A DNA stretch of 63,869 nucleotides, filler included, from Reticulomyxa filosa (taxonomy: Eukaryota > Protista > Foraminifera), in assembly GCA_000512085.1 (NCBI GenBank). It is 13 parts of 13 records of this genome, joined end to end, with 100 filler letters (N's around TTAATTAATTAA, not from the genome) between each part and the next. Parts side by side here need not be neighbours in the genome. Positions count along the whole stretch, not along the records: positions 51,125 to 54,701 come from ASPP01007130.1; positions 54,802 to 55,985 come from ASPP01035456.1; positions 56,086 to 61,242 come from ASPP01024083.1; positions 61,343 to 62,386 come from ASPP01007795.1; positions 62,487 to 63,869 come from ASPP01020323.1; 8 more parts are not named here. One strand, written 5' to 3'. The notes under the pieces were generated by a model. The model had not been told where the DNA came from. It ran no database searches and was given only the letters and a program-made list of their open reading frames with translations. A program made the translations under genes and the position numbers. Of this stretch, positions 53,341 through 63,869 are shown piece after piece (position 1 is the stretch's first letter; each line of letters begins with the position of its first letter).

Positions 53341-54139
53341 ATTAACTTGAAATAGTTGGATAAGTGTATACTTCTTTTTCAAATTACTTTATCGTTAAAG
53401 ACATTTGATACACAACGCGTGGATTGAGTTTCTTTAGGTGATAACACACTCTTGAGATGCGACAATTTGTAAGTGGAGGCATTGCAAAGGCTTTTTGCAA
53501 CATTAATATGATTAAAATATACAGCTTTTTGTTTTAATTTTAATCTATTTTTTTTCTAGAGTGGATTTTGTTAGAAAAGGATAAAATTGGGGTAGAAAAC
53601 AAAGCTATCCACTTGCAGACAATTTTCTAAAATGGAATGGAATTTGTTTGCTATTCTATTTTTGATTTGAAAGACTTCGAAGAAAAAAAGGAATGATTAA
53701 TCAATATGTAATAAAATACAATTGATTACATTAGATTTTTCAAATAATTTAACGAATAAATATGATTTTATATGTCTTGTTTTATGTTTTGTTTTTTTTA
53801 ATTGAACAGAATAAAAGATATCTTGAAAAGGCTGCTTTGTAATTGTAGACTTTAATAAATATTCCATAAATATAATTTAGTTCAGTTTTTCAAGGTGGTG
53901 TCTAGAGCAATGTTTATAGCCATTTCAAAAATTAAAAAAATGAAGATAATTCTATTGGCAATGCAATTTGCATATTTTCCACGTATGATCATTTACTGAA
54001 TTTGTGCACACAACTTAACTGTGTATGTTTAATTTTATCATGTCCTGTAGCTTGCTACTTCAGCAGCTGTGCAAAGAAAAAGAAAGCAAGGGAGTTGAAG
54101 GAAAGAAAAATTTTCGAAAGTATATTTGATATCTGAGCA

Positions 54140-54640
54140 ATGAGTTCATTTTTCAAAAAAAAAAACAAAAAAGAAAGCGCTGACACAGAAGAAAATAGTG
54201 TCAGTCTCTCCAATAATAATGAAGGTTCTTCTCAAGTTGACACTATTTCAGGTTCAGGAAACGACACAAGCGAAAATAAAGACGAAACCGACACACCTTC
54301 AAATGCTACAGCAGTGGACACGACAAAAGATACAACCGCCTCAGCGTCGACCAACGGCGCGACCCAAAAGGCAGGAGGCGGTGCCGACTGTGATGAGATG
54401 ATCAAACGATTGACAGAGGGAAAAAGCAACAAATCAGGAAAAGACGCAGAAACAATAGACGAAAGTGAAATTGAAAAGTTGTGTATTCAGGCACGAGAAA
54501 TATTTTTACAACAACCAATGCTCTTAGGCGTGGAAGCGCCGGTTAAGATTGTCGGCGACGTTCACGGACAGTTTAGTGACTTGTTGCGATTATTTGAATT
54601 GGGCAGCGCCCCTCCAGCAGCAAGCTATATCTTCTTGGGT
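54140..54640 (+). CDS. PPP-family Ser/Thr phosphatase, PP1-like, first exon (rest in gap)
   Basis: EIEKLCIQAREIFLQQPMLL.VEAPVKIVGDVHGQFSDLLRLFE...YIFLG, followed by a GT donor. Confidence 0.93.
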
Positions 54641-55099
54641 TAGACTATTTTTTTTTTTAATTTCACAAAAACACCTTTTATCAAACCAAAAAAAAAAACG
54701 TNNNNNNNNNNNNNNNNNNNNNNNNNNNNNNNNNNNNNNNNNNNNTTAATTAATTAANNNNNNNNNNNNNNNNNNNNNNNNNNNNNNNNNNNNNNNNNNN
54801 NAAAAAAAAAGATGATAAAAAAGAAAAAGAAAATGGAAAAAAAGAAAAAGAATAGAAAAAGAAAATAAAAAAAGAAATAGAAAAAAGAAATAGAAAAAAG
54901 AAAGAAAAAAAGAAAATAGGAAAAAAAAAAGAAATAAAAATAAAATGAAAAAAAAAGAAAGTGGAAAAAAAAAATGAAAAAAAGATTATGTTTGTAATTT
55001 TTTGAATTTTTTTGATTGGAATTGTTGTCTCATGCGAGGATAACAACAATAGTTAAGTTTTTTTGTTTGTTTGTTTGTTTAAATATCATAACATACTTA

Positions 55100-55985
55100 T
55101 AATATTATAGAATGGCATTGGACTCGATCTTCGCATAATCAAATGCGAGCTTAAAGATGTGTTGAATATATAAAGTGGATGATTAGCAAGAAGCAAGCAT
55201 TGTACTATATTCGGCGGCACAATACAACCAACAGTGCAAATTTTCATTGTCATATTCAATGCAGCTGCCGTATCCTTTTCTACACTTTATTTGCTGGCGA
55301 CAACGCATCAAGTATACTAATGTATATGAGTAAACATTTATTCGTGATGCTTCTACGGACGAACATGAATACCATCTATACGCACTTCAAATTACCAATA
55401 ATGCGCTTCCGACAGCGTCCAGAACTCGCCATTCAACATACAAGCATTCCTGAAAGTGAAATCGTCTAAAAAAAAAAAAACATACACATATTCACCACAA
55501 TAGTATTATCGTCCAGTTCCATTGATAAAAATATACCGGAATAGTTGTTATTGAACAAAGGTGGCACCGTGAATTCGAAGAAGCGCTCCACATAGTCGAT
55601 ATTTTGAACGTTTAAGAATTGAACTTCGCCTTCAAGATACCACATCGAAACACGCAGCACCAAGTCCTATGTTTTCAATATCATTATCAAAAGGAACAAT
55701 GTCGTAATGGAAAGACAAACAAGTTGAAGTGAATTGTGATCAAATAGTTACCTTTCTTTTTTTTCCAATAATCTCCAATTAATGTGCAATTTCTGTACTT
55801 GTATAGATTTGACATAAAAAATGTATTCCAGTGAAGGCGTTAGAATTGTTAATAATTTGATCAAAGCATAGTCGGTACATAGTACGTATCCGTTGCTGAC
55901 CATGTCTGGCCGAATTGGAATCACTGAACGGCTTTCCTCGGTTGCAGATGATATTGGCACAGTCTACTATCCACATGGGCCCCCC
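55100..55985 (-). CDS. Internal exons, probably continuing the exportin-like gene across the gap
   Basis: Helical-looking spliced exons on the same strand as the 56086-58024 gene; no diagnostic motif. Confidence 0.4.
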
Positions 55986-56085
55986 NNNNNNNNNNNNNNN
56001 NNNNNNNNNNNNNNNNNNNNNNNNNNNNNTTAATTAATTAANNNNNNNNNNNNNNNNNNNNNNNNNNNNNNNNNNNNNNNNNNNN

Positions 56086-56127
<42 letters not shown>

Positions 56128-56652
56128 AACCCTTGGAAAAAGTTCAATTTTTCAATTTCTGCTATATTGGCAAGTAATTCCATTCGAAAATTGGCACAAG
56201 TGCTTTTAAATATGGAACAAATATCAAGAATCAATTCGCCATCCGAGTCCAATGCAGCGCTCAACAACTCTTTGTAAGAACTGTCGTTGTCATTATCATC
56301 ACTATTGTTGTCCTGATTATTGTTATTGGCCCTGGAAGACGATATTCCCTGACACTTTTTCATAATTGGATCTAAGAGCAGCACAGTGCATTTGCAAAGC
56401 CTTTGCAAATACAAAAAACGTTGTTTCGTAACCTCGGAATCGCTAAATGTCGGACGAAAAGAATCGCTTTTGTCCAACGTCGACTTTTTTTTCCAATGCA
56501 ATGTCAAGGAGTTGTCTTCCAAGCTCGGCATAACAGAATCTTTTTGATCAGTTGAATCAGTGGTGTTTTCTTTTATTTCGGACGGAACGTCGAATATGTG
56601 TCCCTTTGTGTATTTATCGATGTAGTTGAAGTTTATACAAAAACATCACGAT

Positions 56653-56691
<39 letters not shown>

Positions 56692-58024
56692 CACCTGTAA
56701 TAAACACATTCGGCTAAATGCTTGACGAACCCGCGGAGCAATAAGTCGAAGATTGACATTTTTTGAATACAACAAGGTATTGTGTGCTTTGGCAAGCATT
56801 TCGACCAATGGACATTTGAGCAAAGAATCTTTCCACGCGAGTCCAGGCCGTGAAAAATCGCTTTTGGGTTTGGTGTTGCTGTCAAACCGCAAGAGCAGCG
56901 TGTTTTCATCCATTTTTTCATGGAATTGAAAGGACAAAATATTTTCAATAACAATGGCACACATTGATATGATATTATCTTGAGCGAGAAGAGCAGAGGG
57001 ATGCGATGAAGACGAGGGCTGCACCAGCGACTGCATCACTTTGGAAAATAACTCACAAGTCATATTAAACATTGATTGGAGTACATACAATTCAAACGAA
57101 CGATGGCAGTCCATATGAAAATCTAATGTAATTCCCAAAGGCGTCGATGCTTCATTTACACTGAACTCTTCGATCACTTCTCGACAAAATGTCAGTCCTT
57201 ATTATTATTATTTAAATCAATACAAAGTAAGGAAAAAAAAATGAAATTTATTCGGAAACAGAAGAGAAGGTCCCCCCCCCCCCTTTCCTTCTCAAAAAAA
57301 AAATAATAATAATAATAAATTGGTTTACCTACAAGGACCAAAGGCGGCTTGTTGTTTTGTAACATTTTTTGAACTTGTGTAAACATCAACCGGGCGTTCT
57401 CTCTTTCATTTTCAAACCAAATTCGTTTGTACATTATCGCTACCAATCGAATCAGTTGATTTATTACGTACCCTTGCTTTTTGGTTTGTTATATGTTTAA
57501 CAATATGTTTTATCTTAAATTCTTTTTTTTTCATTGTTTGATAGTTTATTAAAAAAAAAAAAAAGATACTTTGTTCTTCTTCTCTCTCCCCCTTTTTTTC
57601 TATAGTTCTTACAACTAACCAATTTTGATACATTGGAACACAAATATTCCAATATCTTTGTTCGCATCATTATCACCATCCTTACGTCCAAAGTCTTCCA
57701 TTCTCGTAAGAATGCATCCTTTATGCAAAGTGCACTTTCGTGTTGCGCTTTACTCTCTCTGCTGTTGAACAACACGCCCATGCAGAATTGATACGGTTGA
57801 TACGAGTTTTTTATTCGCAATAAATACTCTTCTCCTTGATGTCTTTTTGTTGGTGACGTCTCGTCCGCTGCCATCTCACACGCTTGTTCAAATTCTGACA
57901 GACTTTTATCTTGTTTACTTCCTTGTACGTTGCTATCATTGCCACTATTTTGCTGCATGAAAGTTGGAGAAGATTGAGGTTGCAATAATGGGGCTTTGGG
58001 CGTAATTGGAGGATCTGTTTCCAT
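56086..58024 (-). CDS. Importin-beta family karyopherin, exportin-4-like (5' part)
   Basis: EFEQACE...RHQGEEYLLRIKNSYQPYQFCMGVL...SALCIKDAFLREW, AIMYKRIW, IEEFS...TPLGITLDFH..CHRSFE. Confidence 0.8.
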
Positions 58025-58538
58025 GATTAATTTTTTATCCAATTACTAAAAAATCCTTGCTTTTTTTACGGGAACCAACCGTTTAAAACACAAATCTTTA
58101 GCTTGGTCCACATTTACCTCATGACCTTGGCCCTTCAAAGACAGTTCAATGCATCCCCATCCAAAATTAATGATTATTGTCAATCAGTTATCAATTGTTT
58201 TTTTTTAACAATAAAAATGCAACACTAAGAACAATGAAAATAACACTTTCAAGACAAAATCGGACTTACATTGCTTAAGTTGACTTAGAAAAGGCTTTGG
58301 CATAAACCAAAATTATCACGAATGAATAAATTTCACTTCCTTTTTAAATATCAAAATTGGAGCAAGAAGTTAAGTCAAGGAAAGCCTTGTTTAATTTGTA
58401 TTATACTTAAAATGATAATGTCAAATCGCACTCCAAGTAAGGAACAAGACAAAACAAAATAAACCAAATGAGCATGCGTTGTTGCGTTTTTATTTGCTTA
58501 CAGCTAGTTAAAAACTTACAACCTATCAAAAAAACTAT

Positions 58539-60109
58539 CTACAGTCCTTTTTTCTCTAATTCTTTTTTCCAGTCTACGTCGTACTCGTTTTGCCATGGCT
58601 CCTCAATAACATCCATGTATTCCTTAAAAGAGCGGGCATGGAAGTCTTTGTGCGCTGATTTATACAGGACAAATTGGACTTTGTCAACCACTCCAATACG
58701 ATAAGAAGCTTCAACATGTGCAAAGTAAAATTCCTGCAATAAGACTAACTCTCGGTCATATTTTTTCAACAATACGTCACGATTTTCCAAGAAACTGTCG
58801 CGCCAATTGCGAATAGTGCGAGCATAATGTTGGCCAATGCTTTCTCGTGACACTACCAAACCCAGCTCTCATTGCGCTGTCCATCACCCAATCGGACAAC
58901 AGCAAGCACCCACCTTTGAAGATGTATTTGCTAATGAAATTGTATCCCTGGCATGCTTTTTCCTTGGTGGTGAATTGGTAATTGCTGTTGGGTAAGGCTT
59001 GTGTTCCTAAAATTGCTTGGAATACAAAGTATCCACCGGTCTTCAAGGACTTGTAATGACCATCGAACCATTCATCGATGCGCTTAATTCCAATATGGCC
59101 AGTCACACCAATGGAAATGATCGAGTCAAAAAATTCTGGTCCCCAGACTTTCAAAATTTCGCGGTAGTCCAACAGCAAGTAATGACTTTTTGGACTGGAC
59201 AGTGTTTTCTTGGCGTATTCGTGTTGCGCTTCAGCAACTGTAATACCAGTCACATTCGCATCAACAGCCTCACTGATCATTTTCACCGCATAGCCCCAGC
59301 CTGAGCCCACATCGATCACGTTGTGTCCTTTTTTTATTTTGCCTTTCTTGATGTGCGCATAGATCTTGTTTTGCTGGGCTTCCTTCAATGTCTTCGTACT
59401 CGGGTTGAAAATAGCGCTAACTTTTTTTTTTTTTACCTTTGATCAGATCAGTATACGTAGAAAAATTTTGTTTGCACGAGGCTTATGCTTATAATAGAAG
59501 CTTGCTGCCTTGTTTATGTAGCAAAAAGGTCCTGTATGTCAACGAGTCATCCAAAATATGTTGGAAAAAATCAGTTCCAAAATAGGTTTCATTCACATTT
59601 TTTGCGTCTTCCGCAGCATCTTTTCTCAGGCCAATTCTTTCCAAATACTGTTGCCAATCCCAAATACTAACGTATTTCAACCACTTTTGAATTGGATGCT
59701 CATTCGTCACTGAGTTCCAAAATAATTGTGTCAACAAATCACCCAAATCTTGTTTCGTAACGTCAACCGACCAATGTCCACGGAAATACGCTTCACCCAT
59801 TGTAATTGTGTTCCCGTACGATAAGGCCGTAAATGTCTCATCCACGTTCTTAATTATCATCGTGTTTGAACATTTCACGCGTTTATCTTCTTTTTGCAAG
59901 GAAAAACCTTGACTATATCCTTGTGGCAATGCTCCAAAAGCCTCCACATGTCCGTCAGGAAATTGCAAACACAAAACGCCTGTGTTGTATCTAGAAAACG
60001 CCCGCTCTACCATCTTTCGGGCGAACCAAGGAGGACGTACATTAAATAATCCGATAAAAAGGCCCAGTATAGGGATTGCAAGGTACGTTAATACTGCCAA
60101 CAAACCCAT
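58539..60109 (-). CDS. Cyclopropane-fatty-acyl-phospholipid synthase-like SAM methyltransferase with an N-terminal TM segment
   Basis: Motifs MGEAYFRGHW, LDDSLTYS, TLKEAQQNK, VIDVGSGWG, LLDYRE, FDSIISIG, FISKYIFKGG and ESIGQHYARTIRNWRDSF. One intron and a +1 shift at ~58859. Confidence 0.9.
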
Positions 60110-60467
60110 TATCACTAAACACTTTGCAATAAAACGTCCTTAAAGAAAGAACCCCCTAACGGTTCGTACTGTTCCTGGTAGGGAAAAGTGAGTAACAACA
60201 CTAATTTTCTGTGTTGTGATATTAATTCAAGTCAAAACGTATTCATTCCAGCCCTACGAGATCATATTTTGACAATAGCTTTTGCTGAACAATAAAAATA
60301 TTTTACATTTAAGGTTTATACAATTTTAACTTCATTTCTGTGAAAGCACTGTTAAGATTTCGTTCTAAAATCAAAACACAGTAAGTGTTGTTTTTTTTTT
60401 GTTTCGGACGTGAATTCCCTTTTCTCTCCGCTCTGCTTATGCAACTTTGAGTGATTTTTTACAGCAC

Positions 60468-60790
60468 ATGAGTGTTACACAAAGACAAGTATCCAGTGTA
60501 AGTGATATAATAACTATTGATGATCAGGTTGAATTATTCATGCTTCGAATGCAGTCAAAGGGAACCGCAGACAAGTACACACGTACACATAGGTAATATT
60601 ATTGAAAGGACTGCACGGTACAATTCGCTATGTTGGCGAGTTACCTGAGCGGAAAGGTTGTTATTATGGTGTGGAATTAACAGAGGCCAAAGGTCGTACC
60701 AATGGTTCAGTTGCAGGCATTCGTTTTTTCAAATGTGAGCCAAAGCATGGATTGTTTGTTCGCAAATCAAAAATTCAATCACTCGAGGGT
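60468..60790 (+). CDS. CAP-Gly domain protein, 5' exons
   Basis: GTIRYVG...YYGVELTEAKGRTNGSVAGIRFFKCEPKHGLFVRKSKI. Intron at ~60528-60592. Confidence 0.88.
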
Positions 60791-61342
60791 ATGTTCAAAG
60801 TTCAAAAACAAAATTTTTTTTGATTTTCAACGTAGCCCAGTGCAATCGGTGAACAAAAAGGGGGATGACTAAGGATCGGGAAGATAAAAGAAAAAGAGAT
60901 TGATAGATAAGATGCGCCTAGCCGCAGCAGACACAACATCACAAAAAAGGTGTTTTTGCAAAACAGAGAAAAAAAAAAAAGAGCGGAAGTACACGCATCT
61001 CTGTGTGGACATGTTCTGTTTTTCTACGACATTCCAACAAGGATTTGAGCAGTCAAAAGTTTTCACCCCTGTAATTTTTCTTGCTCCTTTTTTTATTGAA
61101 TTTTTTTTTTAAAAAAAAAAAAAAAAAAAGCAAAGACGGAAAAAAAAGGGAAGAGTGATGGAAAATTCGTTATTTGTTGATACGTTTATAAAGTAAGCGT
61201 CCTTAGCTACATTTTTTTTTGGAGTTGGAAAAAAAAAAAAAANNNNNNNNNNNNNNNNNNNNNNNNNNNNNNNNNNNNNNNNNNNNTTAATTAATTAANN
61301 NNNNNNNNNNNNNNNNNNNNNNNNNNNNNNNNNNNNNNNNNN

Positions 61343-61380
<38 letters not shown>

Positions 61381-61383
<3 letters not shown>

Positions 61384-61693
61384 TGCCATTGTACGCAGTA
61401 TTAATGGGACAGTATTTGAATCAAATGTACAAAAGATCGACGGGGAAATTATTGAGTGACGGTGTGATATGGCTGTGTAAATTGGCGTTCGTGTTGCTCG
61501 CCGGCTTTTTAAATTTGATGAATATCCAAGTGCAAGGCACGGCAAGCATCCTATTTTCCATAATTTTTATGGCCCCCTTTTTGGCGGGGTTTCTTTATTC
61601 ACTGCCCGACACCAACTTTAATGTGTGGGTTAAGGGGGCACCTTCGGGTCATATTGACTGGGCTATTTAGTTTCCACCCTTATTTGGTAGGTT

Positions 61694-61726
<33 letters not shown>

Positions 61727-62350
61727 CACATATATTTATATATTTATATGTGTATATGTTTATGTGAATAGGTTACACTGCGGACGTGATGTAATGGGCT
61801 GTGTAGCTGGCGAAGCGGGATTTGAATCCAAGGATTTCATAAAATGCTTTTTGGTATCCATTGTGATGGATTGGGTTGCCTATGTCCTCCCATTGCTTGG
61901 AGCCTTTGCTGTTCCTTACCGTCCTGATCAATGGGAAAATGGGTACCTGATCACTGCTTACAATCAGATCATCCCAGGCTTGGAATACTTGGTCATCTGC
62001 GGAGCCATATTCAGCTGCTTCAGCTTGTATTTTATGGAGTTTTGCGCACATGCCCGTATGATGTGGGCCATCTCACAAAAGTATATCGTCATATCCGGAG
62101 AGGGGCAACTGTTCCTCAAAGACGAATACAAGAAACACATGGAGCAATTGCAGTCGTGCAGATCACAAGAAAGGCATGCTTCCAACGGGGCTTTGCTTCT
62201 CAACACTGACAGTGACGCCACCACCACTGCGACCAATGGCACGACCACCAGTCCATCGGAGCCCATTTTCGATGAAAATGAGGATCCCGTTATTCCTACG
62301 CTTAGCGAAACGAAAGAGTCTATTACCGAAGCCACACAGAGAATCGGTAT
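61381..62350 (+). CDS. APC-superfamily amino acid/polyamine permease, internal exons
   Basis: Multiple TM segments; FLNLMNIQVQG.AS, IDW...STL.W, GCVAGE and ARMMWAIS motifs. Confidence 0.75.
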
Positions 62351-62486
62351 GTTATAATAAGTATATATATATATATATATATATATNNNNNNNNNNNNNN
62401 NNNNNNNNNNNNNNNNNNNNNNNNNNNNNNTTAATTAATTAANNNNNNNNNNNNNNNNNNNNNNNNNNNNNNNNNNNNNNNNNNNN

Positions 62487-62527
<41 letters not shown>

Positions 62528-62689
62528 ATTATTATTTTTTATTTTTTATTTCGTTCTCTGCTTTTTATACACGTGGGAAAAATTAAGTATAAACTGCTCG
62601 TGTATTCACGAATGAAGAGAACATATATATGAATATGTTTATTTACGTATTTATTTATATATATATATATCCAAGTCTTATGCAAAACG

Positions 62690-63833
62690 TAACCTGAATT
62701 TGTGACATGTGTTTAGGTGTTAAATCCATGACATAAACGCTTTGGGCATCTCGAACGACATCGGCCAAGCCCATTCCCACTGCACTTAAAATACCGGCGA
62801 AGCGATGAACAAAAACGTGGTGTATTCCCAACACCCGAGCCATTGCGCAAGCGTGTTGTCCACCAGCTCCTCCAAATGTTGCCAACACATGTTGCGTTGT
62901 ATTGTATCCTTTTGCTTCCGTCAAATTGCGAATTGGACGACACATTGTCTCGTTTGCCACTCGCACAAAGCCCATGGCTACTTCGGCCAATGACTTTTCT
63001 TTGTAATTCTGTGACACGCATTGACATCAACAATCCATAGCTTTTTTTTTTTTTTTTTTTTTAGGTGATCCCCTTGGACTTAAAAAAAAAAAAAAAAAAT
63101 CATCAAAAAACAATACCTCCGCATTTGTAGTTTGATTGTATTCGTTAATCGATTTGGTGATATTGGTGAAAGCAGCAACACACTCGTCGACTCCCAAAGG
63201 CTCATTGCGCTTCTCTCCAAAGATTTTGGGGAAGTGTTCAGGAACAATCCTGCCCAGCACCAAATTGGCATCTGTGATCGCCAACTTCCCGTCTTTCTTC
63301 TTATAACAAACCGGACCAGGATCAGCGCCCGCTGACTCTGGGCCAACTTTCAGCATTCCATTTTCAAATGTTAAACAAGAGCCTCCACCAGATGCAACAG
63401 TATTGATATCTAATTGTGGTGCCTTTTAATAAACAAACAAACAAACATAACTTTGAGTAATAATAATAATAATAATAATAAACAATTAAATGAAAAAAAC
63501 TTGAATGGTGACTCCGGCAGTGGTATTTTCAAACACCAATTCATACTCTCCGCCAAACCTTGACACGTCAGTAGAGGTCCCGCCCATGTCAAATCCGATG
63601 ATAGGTTGGGTTGAGCTGTAGTGTTCTTGCGTGGTTCGAACGTAACCAACCACCCCACCAGCGGGGCCCGAGAGCACCGCGCGATAGCCGCTGAACCCTT
63701 CCAACAAGCACAACCCGCCATCCGACTGCATAAAAGATACGCGCACATTCTTGCCAAAGTCGGTATCGAAGCCCTCCACAAAGTGGTGCAAATACTCTTG
63801 AATACATGGTGTTAAGTACGCATCCGCGCATGT
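62690..63833 (-). CDS. OPLAH: 5-oxoprolinase (hydantoinase A/oxoprolinase), internal exons
   Basis: Motifs [59 protein letters not shown] and [10 protein letters not shown]. Confidence 0.96.
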
Positions 63834-63869
63834 CTTTTTTTTTTTTTTTTTTTTTAATAATTTTTTTTT

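Noticed and set aside
54802-54990. Long A/G-rich tract giving a Phe-rich ORF
   Set aside because: Low-complexity, probably low-quality contig end.
13323-62486. Twelve TTAATTAATTAA palindromes in N-runs, and ORFs ending in X...LIN
   Set aside because: Artificial six-frame-stop scaffold linkers. Adjacency across them is also not proof of true gene neighbourhood.
1-63869. Alternative genetic code (stop-codon reassignment)
   Set aside because: Long exons are stop-free under the standard code, and interruptions coincide with introns or indels.

Overview
AT-rich, intron-rich eukaryotic (protist) draft scaffold. It most likely comes from a foraminiferan such as Reticulomyxa filosa; this is an inference from the WD40/TRAF/RGS family motifs, the (TA)n and poly-A/T introns and the degenerate LINEs. 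The window consists of 13 contigs joined by twelve artificial 100-bp spacers (N44-TTAATTAATTAA-N44). Bases 1-7.6 kb and 38.2-40.0 kb are graveyards of one RNase H-containing LINE family. The rest is compact, spliced and mostly minus-strand genes: an alpha-kinase-fold/Nischarin-like LRR gene, lipase maturation factor, a coiled-coil protein, a WD40 protein, a Ulp2/SENP-type SUMO protease, a divergent actin-like protein, Exo70, an M16C presequence-protease homologue, kinesin and ASCC3-like 5' ends, UGGT, an RGS protein, a PP1-like phosphatase, exportin-4-like, a cyclopropane-fatty-acid-synthase-like methyltransferase, a CAP-Gly protein, an APC permease and 5-oxoprolinase. Many genes carry single-base frameshifts at homopolymers, probably sequencing errors. 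The most notable observation is an apparently catalytically dead alpha-kinase domain spliced in frame to a Nischarin/STK11IP-like LRR protein, in place of the PX domain. Also notable are a PreP homologue missing two catalytic residues, introns ending in poly-A rather than polypyrimidine tracts, a candidate GA-AG intron, and tightly packed co-oriented gene runs. All homology calls are by eye from remembered family motifs; no searches were run.
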